Below are positions 55,107-64,000 of a DNA stretch of 64,000 bases, one piece after another (position 1 is the stretch's first letter; every line of letters starts with the position of its first letter). The stretch covers positions 2,232,968 through 2,296,967 of the forward strand of contig CAJFCJ010000009.1 of the NCBI GenBank assembly GCA_904063045.1. Reading direction: 5' to 3'. The notes under the pieces are model-generated. The model had not been told where the DNA came from. It ran no database searches and worked only from the letters and a program-made list of their open reading frames with translations. This DNA is from Dimorphilus gyrociliatus (taxonomy: Eukaryota; Animalia; Annelida). The position numbers were made by a program, and so were the translations under genes.

Positions 55107-55443
55107 AGTGTGATGGACTGGAAAGGGCTTAGAAGAAAATTTTACTAGCAGACGCCCATTGAAAATTATAAACCGGTCGGTGACCGTTCACGTTGGTACC
55201 AGTATTAATTAATTTATCGTAGCATTTAAACAACTGACCCAATTTAGAGCAAGTAATTTTTTTTGAATTTATTCAAGGAAATAATAAAATAAAATAAAAT
55301 GTAATGAACCTCTAAAAAAGTTTGAATACTAAGAATTATTCTATAAAATTATTGTACCACGTGACTTGAACACATCGTGTTTTTTTTTATCTTTTCATTT
55401 ACTTCACTTATTCACTTCTTATCTCTTATTTTATAATATAATT

Positions 55444-56501
55444 ATGGGTAAGTTCGAATTTTCAGCTACCGTGAAAGTTTACAATCACTATCATAACGTA
55501 TTATTCTCTTGTCAACGAAAGAGACTAACTGAAACTCTTTAAGCTCTTGCTTGAGAGAATCCGGTATACGGTTAATCTAAAGTATTATCGTAGATCTTAT
55601 TGTAAATAGTTGAAATAAAGCGCAACTGATATTTTGTTTAAGTACGTTAATGTACTTCATAACCAGAGTGCTCCTTATAATGTATTGGCAAGTGACTGGA
55701 ATTGATTAGTTATTATATGATATATTTTTACAAAATAAATATGATTTAAAATTCTTGCAGCTTCGAAAGATATTGATTTACCTTCAACTGATGAACCAGA
55801 AGCAACTAAGATCTGGGTAGGGAATTTCCCTTACGGAACAACTGAGGTAAATTATTTTAATTTTTCTATCAGGATATGAAACAGAAAAAGTATATTTTTA
55901 TAGGCGGATTTAAAGACTCTGTTCAATAACTACAGCATACATAAGATCGATATAGTTAATGCAACGGAAGCTGGAAAAACGTTAGAAAGAAATCTTTTTA
56001 TTAGCTACTATTTTGAGAAAAGACTTTTTTCTTTATATATCTATTTTATCTTATAGGGCTAGCGCACTTCTTTTTGTCGAAAAGGCTGACTTGGCTGTTC
56101 GACAGATGGACGGTTTCTCTTTCAAGGGTCGTCCGCTGGGAGTGAGGATAGCGAACAAATTATCGGTTGACCGTAAAGCTAGTCATAACAAACTTGATCG
56201 TTGTCGTTCACTAGTGCAGCAAATTGTCCCAATGTTGGATCAGGTTCTGGATGGATGCCAATACTGTGGTGTTATTAAGACGATGATGAACGAGCTAAAT
56301 TGGGCTTTACGTGAGGATACTAATGTTTCTAATTTAACTGTACCACCGAATCATCAGGGCCACTGTCCAAGTGGATTTCCAGGAGTAGGAGATTTTTCAA
56401 ATCAAACGTTTGGTCTTCAAAGACAAATGCTAGGGAGCCGCACTAGACCACATATGCAATCTACTGGGAGGGGAGGGGGCGACATGGGACATGCATGGTA
56501 A
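55444..56501 (+). CDS. Single-RRM RNA-binding protein, orthology unresolved
   Basis: ATG G|gtaag; RNP2-like KIWVGNFPYGTTEADLKTLF; AVRQMDGFSFKGRPLGVRIA; GRGG near the C-terminus. Confidence 0.65.
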
Positions 56502-56879
56502 AGAAGTTGTTGAAGGATATAGACGAGGACATAGTTGAAGGTTTATATCACTAAATTATGTTATTAAACTCTTTTGTTTACTTGTAAATGTACTAAGAAA
56601 TAATTAAATGCATGACTTTAATCATTTGTTAATTATAACAAATTATTGAATACAGCAAGTTTTCCCTAGTCCTGATTTCCATTCAGTAAGAAAACGATCG
56701 AAGAGTAAGGAAGACTAATTACCTTCCATTAACAATCAGAATCGTTAATTTCTATTTCAATCTGATGAAGACGATTAAAGATTTTTCGATCATTTTATTG
56801 AAAAAACTCTTACCATTGTCACTTTTTTTTATATTTAAATGATATTTAGGTTAAAAGGAAGTAAGGTTTGAACAAGGAA

Positions 56880-58017
56880 TTAGTCCTCTTGATCTTTAGG
56901 CGTTTCTTCGTTTGATTCTATATCTGGTACATCTTCGCCCTAAAATCAGTAATTTACTATGAAATGAAGTATACCAGAAAAAATACTGAATATTTATTGA
57001 AAAGGAAACATACTTTAGCTTCTTCTCTCTGTTTTTCAGATTTTTCATCAGCCGCCAATTGCCATTGAGGAAGAATGGGTGTTGTTTTGGGCACGGCTGC
57101 AAACTTGTCCCTGCAATCAAATCAATTCGTTATTTAATTATTCGTTAATTATCTACATATCAGATTGAATAAATGACGTACTTGCTTAAAAGAATACCCT
57201 TAATTGATGTTATATCCGATTTCATCAACTCAAGGTTATCTGACGACATCTCTCTCTATAACAGAGAAAAATTAAGTTCTTTATATCATTCCTAGCATTA
57301 TACCAACTTTTTGCGATGTATTTATGACTATTTGCTTCAGAGAACTTTCTTGATTTTCCAAACTCGTTTGTAAGGTCGATAAAGTGCCTTGTAACTTTAC
57401 AAGTGTCTCCTCCATCGATCGCTTTAATTCACTGACACTTGCTTCTACAAGCTCTAAACGTACTTCATGCTCGTCTTTTCCAAAGAGTTTTCTCTTTAGA
57501 AAAGCCTAAGAAATTCAAAAGTATCATTATTGATTAACTGATCAACTATAATCCTCATCTAGAGAAAAATAAGAATCTGTAATATGTTGTTTTCTTTACC
57601 TTATAAAATTGATAGATAGCAAAAGCAACTCCCCCAAAAATAACGAATCCAGCAAGTGAGTCTTTACCTTTTTGCCAAAAAGATTGAGGCGGTGGTTGGA
57701 TATATACTGGAGCTACAGCCTGTTGTGGTACATTTGCTCGAGAAACGGCTTCGTCTATTTCTTCATTAGTAAGACCTGTTCCAATAAGATTTTTATAATT
57801 TACAAAATTCATATTCAATGTTGCAAACCCTTCTTCAGAAGGAAAGCCTTCTTGTGTTCCATTGGACTGCCTGTCACTTGAGGGTTTTGAAGAAATTTAA
57901 CAGCATTTTGAACCTATATAATAAATTGCTAAAAACACGCTTTTTATTTGAAAAGATACTTACCAAATGGTCCCGAAGGTTGCTTTGTTTTTCATCAACT
58001 ACTAACTTATCGGCCAT
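56880..58017 (-). CDS. PEX14: Peroxisomal membrane protein PEX14
   Basis: Encodes LRDHL|[38 protein letters not shown], then a TM segment (GFVIFGGVAFAIYQFYK), a coiled coil and an acidic tail. Confidence 0.9.
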
Positions 58018-59004
58018 TCTATAAAATTATTGAATTATCGCTCATAAAAATCTCATAATTTTGTCACAGATATGAAGGATTATATAAAATAATAGGTAGT
58101 TTTGAGAACGATGATGTCACCAGTAAATTTATCAGACACGCGAGGTCAATTAATGGATCACCAAGAACTGAAATAGCCTGTAGTTCGAAGTTCATCAATT
58201 GGCAGGAAATGATCCCATTGTATTAGACCTTCACCTTCACTGTTACCAACTTGAACTGAAAAGTCAGAGAACGATACGATAGAAAGTATTTCTTCTTTTA
58301 AGAAGCGTTCAAATAGTTGAAACAAATTACCAAAGAAATTATCAATCAATAGTCAGCTTGACTTCCCACTTTCATACAGATTATCCATTTGCTTTCTAAA
58401 TCGTAAACAAGTTTAGGATGATCTAACCATTACCAGAAAATATCTTATTATTATAAATAATATTCGTAAAAAAGTTGTTAGAAATATACACTAGCTTCTA
58501 CATTTTTTATATCTTTATTGTTTACAATTAATCCCTTCGGGAAAATTTATGAAATTGAATATATTGAACAAATGAAAAAGCAAATAAACGAAAGGAGAAG
58601 ATAGTTTTCAGATTACTAAAATATTTTGAAGAGTGCTTTAGACTTTTAAATTAAGATGCACTGCACTTTTATTTCAACTTCAAAAAATTTTTACCGCTCC
58701 CTCTCATCACAGTGTCCAGTAAGAGGAACCCAATTCGATAATAATGTTAACTCCGAGTTTTTTCTATATATATATATATATTATAAATATCTGAAAGTAG
58801 TTTTAAAAATAAATTTGTTTTAATAATTGAAACTGCTATTTTTTATTTGGAAAATTACTTTTGTAAGAAATAGCAAAGTCCTCGATTCTTTTTGAGTTTT
58901 TTCATTGAGAAAAGTTGAAAAAATGATTATACTTCGATCGTTGATGAAAGCGACCTTCACATTGAATTTATGAAATCTACCCTGTCATTCCATTCTGCTT
59001 CAAA

Positions 59005-60847
59005 ATGGCGATGCATGTACCGAAAGCGCCGGGTTTTTCCCAAATGCTAAAAGATGGTGCCCGTGTAAGTATTATTAATATACGTAACGAGATATTAAGT
59101 TAATAATTAGTTAGGATTGAAGAGAAAATTAAATGTCGTATGATTATATTTGAAAGCACGTGCTTAGCGATTATCATATTCATTTGTCACTATTTCAGCA
59201 CTATAACGGTTTGGAAGAAGCTGTCTACAGAAATATTGATGCCTGTAAAGAGTTGGCACAAACTACTCGTTCAGCCTTTGGTCCTAATGGGCAAAATAAA
59301 ATGGTGATTAATCACATCGAAAAACTCTTCGTTACTAATGACGCGGCCACTATTTTGAGAGAGTTGGAAGTTCAACACCCTGCTGCCAAAATGCTTGTTT
59401 TGGCTTCTCAACAACAAGAACAAGAGTGTGGTGATGGAACAAATTTCATTCTAATTTTTGCAGGAGCTCTTCTAGAGGGAGCAGAAGAACTTTTAAGGAT
59501 GGGCTTGGCCGTTACGGAAGTTATCCGTGGCTTCGATTTGGGTCTGAAAAAAGCTCACGAACTATTACCCTCCCTAGTTTGTGGCAAAGTAGAAGATCTC
59601 CATAATAAAGCTGAAGTCTTGAAAGCCGTTAGAAGTGCTCTCATGAGCAAACAATACGGAAATGAAGATTTTCTTGCTGGCTTGATCACCGACGCTTCTC
59701 TAAGTATAATTTACGAAAAACAAAGATTTAATGTTGACAACGTGCGTGTTTGTAAAATCGTTGGAGGTGGTTTATATTCATCAAAAGTTGTCCGTGGTAT
59801 GGTATTCAAAAGAGGAGTCGAGGGTAGCATAACCAAAGCCGAAAAATGCAGAGTGGTTGTCTATTCTTGTCCTTTGGACATTATGCAAACTGAAACTAAG
59901 GGAACGGTTTTGATTAAAACAGCAAAGGAACTTTTAAATTTCAGTGCAGGAGAAGAAAATGTTGTCGAAGCTCAGATAAAGGCTATCGCTGCTACTGGAG
60001 TTAAAGTTGTCGTAACAGGAGGAAAAGTTGGAGATTTAGCTTTACATTATGCTAATAAATATGGCCTACTGGTCGTACGTCTCTTGTCTAAATTTGATGT
60101 GAGAAGGTTGTGTAGAGCTTTGGGAGCCACACCTCTACCAAGAATTGGTGCTCCTTCTGCTGAAGAATGCGGCCACTGCGATATCGTTCGAGTTGACGAA
60201 ATTGGTGACACCCCTGTTGTTGTATTTGAGCAAGAGAAGGAAGAGAGCGCTGTCTCAACGATATTACTTCGCGGTGCTACTGATAATATTTTGGATGATC
60301 TAGAAAGAGCCGTTGACGATGGCGTTAATACTATCAAAGCCCTCACTAAAGACAACCAACTTGTTGCCGGAGCTGGCGCCACAGAAATAGAGTTAGCAAG
60401 ACAAATGGCTGAATATGCCGATACCTGCTCAGGTTTAGAACAATACGCTTTACACAAGTTCGCATCCGCATTGGAAATAGTTCCAAGAGCTCTCGCCGAT
60501 AATTCTGGAGTGAAATCCACCGAAGTCATCTCGAAAATGTATGCTGAACATCAAGCCGGAGAAAAATATGCTGGCTTTGATATCGAAAGTAATCAAGCAT
60601 CGACATGCAATGTGGTTGAGAAAGGTATTATGGATCTTTTCATCACCAAATACTGGGGTATTAAATTCGCTACATCTGCTTGCAATACTATTCTCAATGT
60701 TGATCAGGTATATACATATTATTTATTTATTTATTTTGTTATTACTTCTCATAATTCCAATTTGTTTTTTTCGTATAGATCATTATGGCTAAGCAAGCTG
60801 GGGGTCCTAAACCACCACCTGAGAAAAAAGATTGGGACGAAGATTAA
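59005..60847 (+). CDS. CCT8: T-complex protein 1 subunit theta
   Basis: Encodes MAMHVPKAPGFSQMLKDGA|HYNGLEEAVYRNI, FGPNGQNKMVINHIEKLFVTNDAATIL, GDGTN and the final exon IIMAKQAGGPKPP..DWDED*. Confidence 0.97.
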
Positions 60848-61073
60848 GATATCTCTTTCGCTTGATTTATACTTGTGTTAGGATGAATTATATTAATACA
60901 TGCGAGTTGCTTTTTGAACTTTTATTATGTCGTAAATTTTTAATTTCTATAGATTAGGTATTTAATAATGCAAAAAAAAATACTACAATTATACAGTATA
61001 TAAAGATGCTGAGTTTAACCATGGTTATTACAGACTTAAACTCGGATGTATTTACATAATATGTCTGTTTAAT

Positions 61074-62546
61074 ATGGTGGAACTACTGGTAAGAGAATTG
61101 CAAGAGAATCGTTTCTCATCGAGATTTCGAAAGAATTATAAATCATTTGAGAAGGTTAATAATTACAACAAGTTTAAACTCGCCAGGGCAAATTTTTATT
61201 ATAACAATAATCTTCAGAAACCAATTTGCAACTCATGTCATTCGGAATACAATACTTTAAAAGGTTGTGTAGATTCTCATAGCAGTTCGTGTAGATTTAT
61301 ACTGCTATTTATTGAAGAAATTGAGAAAAATTTTGAAAAGTATAAGAAAAATCCAATAAAGTATAACGAAATTGAAACTAGAAAATTATCTTTCTTAAAT
61401 GCGACAAAACAATTAAAAAATATGTCTGAGTCACTTGCAGCTTGCGGATTTTATTATATGCAAGATGAAGATAAGGTAAAATGTTATAAATGTGAGATAG
61501 TTTTATATAATTGGATAGAAAAGGATGATAATCCTTATAAGATACATTATAAGTTTAATGCCGATTGTGATCATCTTAAGGAGAAATTTGGTAGTGATAA
61601 CAGCATGCAAAGTATTTCCAGCTCCCATGAAGAAAATAATTCAAATCAACTATATTTATATGAAGAAGAACCAAAATATCCTTCAATGAGATTGTTTAGT
61701 TCAAGAAAAAAATCATTTTATCAGTTAAAATGGTTTGAGGAGAGTTTGATTGAAGAATGGGCAACTTTTGGATACTTTTTTGAAAAATCTGATCAAAAGA
61801 AAGATTTTATAAACTGTTTCTTTTGTGGATTAACCATAATATTCATTAATTCATCTAAAGAAACAAAGAATCCTTTGTTTTGGCAAAGGAAGAATTTTAA
61901 CGCAAAATTTTTACATGAAAAATTATTCCCTAACTGCAGCCATATGGTTAAGAAATGTGGGAGAAATTTCAACTTAAAAGATGAAGTTTCAACATATTTT
62001 CGAAATGATAAATTTATTTCCAGAGATGGTACTTTCAATTTAAGTAGAGAACCTGCAAAAGTGTCAGAAATATTCAATGTCGACCCTAGGGAAACTCGAG
62101 CTAGATTAGATACTGCACTTTTACAGATACTTGTAGATTATGGTTATGAGTGGGATTTATTAATAAGAAGTATTGAAATAGCAATGAAACGTTATTATGA
62201 TTTTGAAAATTTACTACAGTTAAAGAGTATTGTGGATAATCTTGTAATTTTAAAAACTAATGATGTAGCTAACAAATTAAATATTCCGTTAGATTTATCT
62301 CCAGCAAGTACTGATTTTCCCCCAAAACAACCCAGAACCTTACAGGATTATAAACATGTCAATGGATTGATAACTGAAGCAAGACGTTGCAAAAATAGGA
62401 AGAAATTCTGTTCAAATTTTGCAAACACAGTGATTATCCCATGTGGCTGTTTATATACTTGTAACGAATGCGCAAACTCTATTATATTTTGCGCGTACTG
62501 TGGAAAACTAATAAAGTCTACTTTGCGAGTACTAAACATGTCATAG
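61074..62546 (+). CDS. Divergent inhibitor-of-apoptosis-like protein (degenerate BIR + 2 BIR + UBA-like + variant RING), intronless
   Basis: BIR motifs LAACGFYY..VKCYKC..NW..HYKFNADC and FGYFF..INCFFC..HEKLFPNC; C-terminal PCGCLYTCNEC..CAYC. Confidence 0.8.
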   Translation: MVELLVRELQENRFSSRFRKNYKSFEKVNNYNKFKLARANFYYNNNLQKPICNSCHSEYNTLKGCVDSHSSSCRFILLFIEEIEKNFEKYKKNPIKYNEIETRKLSFLNATKQLKNMSESLAACGFYYMQDEDKVKCYKCEIVLYNWIEKDDNPYKIHYKFNADCDHLKEKFGSDNSMQSISSSHEENNSNQLYLYEEEPKYPSMRLFSSRKKSFYQLKWFEESLIEEWATFGYFFEKSDQKKDFINCFFCGLTIIFINSSKETKNPLFWQRKNFNAKFLHEKLFPNCSHMVKKCGRNFNLKDEVSTYFRNDKFISRDGTFNLSREPAKVSEIFNVDPRETRARLDTALLQILVDYGYEWDLLIRSIEIAMKRYYDFENLLQLKSIVDNLVILKTNDVANKLNIPLDLSPASTDFPPKQPRTLQDYKHVNGLITEARRCKNRKKFCSNFANTVIIPCGCLYTCNECANSIIFCAYCGKLIKSTLRVLNMS

Positions 62547-62672
62547 TGTACCAAGCAATGTTTGTTTTGCACACAAGGTTTTATCTCATTTGTCAAACTG
62601 CGCATGGTTAAACTGAAACCACACTTTTTGTTACATATATTGTGAATCTTTTATAGTTTCGCTTTTATATTT

Positions 62673-64000
62673 ATGTTGCACCGACTAGAAAGCTTCGTTG
62701 CTGTAAACGATAAAAAAGTTAGAAGAATCAATTTGGCAAGAAATAATTTTTTGTTTGAAAATGGTTTGTTGATTTGTAAAGAATGTAATCAATACATTTC
62801 AAGTTATGATCAAGATTTAGACGTTCAATCTATTCATGAACAATCATGTAGTTTTAGTAGAAATCGTCGTGTTAATAAATATAAGAAGGAAACTGTTGAG
62901 CGAATATTTAATAATTTTAAAATGAAGTCTGATATAAAGGATAATATGTTAAATGAAGAAAATTTACGATCTACGGTCAGTTTTTATCTTTTTTCTTTCT
63001 TTATATTTAGAATAAAAGACAATTTTCAGATTGAAATATCCTTGGAATATGGTTTTAAAAATTGGCCTTCAGAGATGAAGGAGCTTGTTCCAAAATTAAT
63101 TGAAAGTAATTTGATATATTTAAATGTCGCAGACATTACATATTGCGTCAGTTGTCATCGTACTTTTGATCGTTGGAAAATAAATTCACAACCGCTAACC
63201 AGACACGCCCATGAATCACCAAACTGTAAATTTATCATACAAATGGAGAGTAATATCCTTAAAGATGTTCCAGATGAAATTTTGAAAGAAGTAACTATAA
63301 TAAAAGAAAATATAAATTCCAAATATTTCTTTGAGAATAAACATAAATATTCGTATATTGATAAATATCAAGTTAATTGGTATTCTAAGGAAAAATCCTA
63401 CGTTTCCTATAATAAAAGATACGAATCTTTCACTAATTATAATAATTTAAACACTCGATCAAAACAGTTGTTAGCTGCTTGTGGAATCTTTTTCTGTAGT
63501 CAGTTTAAAATGAAATTCAATATAATTAAATACTTAAAAATTAACTATTTTCGTTTTTTACAGACAAGAGAAATACTACCGTTTGCTATTATTGCGCAAC
63601 AGAATTTAGAAATTGGTTAAATAATTCAAATCCTTTTATAGAACATTCTAAACATTTCCCAACTTGTTTATATCTAATATTGTTGCTGGGCAGAAAATTT
63701 ATTATAACTTATCAAAACAGCAATTATTGCGAAAACGAAAGTAAACTTACAGAAGAATATCACTTAAGCGATGGCTTTAGAAACGTTGATCAAAGAGCAA
63801 CAAGAGCATTGATTGATACTCAAGAGGTAAATTTATTAATTGTTCACGGTTTTGAATGGAATAAGGTTTTAAGATCAATCGAAATATGTCAAAGACAAGA
63901 AAAAGATTGTCTATCACTTCAAAACGTTCTTAAAAACGTCGAAAGATTAACTGAAATACAACGAGAGGAGGATTTATTGATTCCCGGTTACAAGTCTTCA
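62673..64000 (+). CDS. Second IAP-like BIR protein (partial, continues beyond the window; two short introns)
   Basis: BIR motifs TYCVSCHRTFDRW..RHAHESPNC and VCYYCATEFRNW..EHSKHFPTC; DQRATRALIDT..HGFEW..RSIEI is paralogous to the upstream gene. Confidence 0.78.

Noticed and set aside
60047-60529. 160-aa minus-strand ORF
   Set aside because: Antisense to CCT8.
61793-62605. Minus-strand ORFs over the IAP gene
   Set aside because: Antisense shadows with no domain features.

Overview
This is not prokaryotic DNA. It is a gene-dense, very AT-rich metazoan region with tiny GT-AG introns (mostly about 45-100 nt) and many head-to-head gene pairs. That pattern fits a miniaturised lophotrochozoan genome such as the annelid Dimorphilus gyrociliatus (inference, not verified). 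About 26 protein-coding genes can be reconstructed: LMBRD2 (partial), PHKB, NUDT21, RHOA, CACUL1, QARS1, ADRM1, SAE1, CENPS, RPS25, a secreted F5/8-type multidomain protein, an orphan ankyrin protein, KIDINS220, a glutaredoxin, an RHBDD1-like rhomboid, a small secreted Cys peptide precursor, two DDC-family decarboxylases, PIGM, SNRPA1, a FAM172A-like gene, a PGGHG/GH65 gene, EXOC2, an RRM protein, PEX14, CCT8 and two IAP-like genes (the second partial). I saw no tRNA, rRNA, CRISPR array or intact transposon. The main finds are: (1) one RhoA first coding exon feeding two complete duplicated 423-nt terminal exons with different insert regions and CaaX tails; (2) PHKB with two pairs of equal-length mutually exclusive duplicated exons, an 18-nt microexon and suggestively placed RBFOX motifs; (3) a DDC pair in which one copy has amd/DHPAA-synthase-like signatures and both share a near-identical ~760-bp internal block; (4) an unannotated secreted twin Cys-loop (elevenin-like) propeptide. 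Exon boundaries were read by eye, so gene spans include introns and may be off by a few nt. Comparisons with reference proteins are from memory and need alignment.
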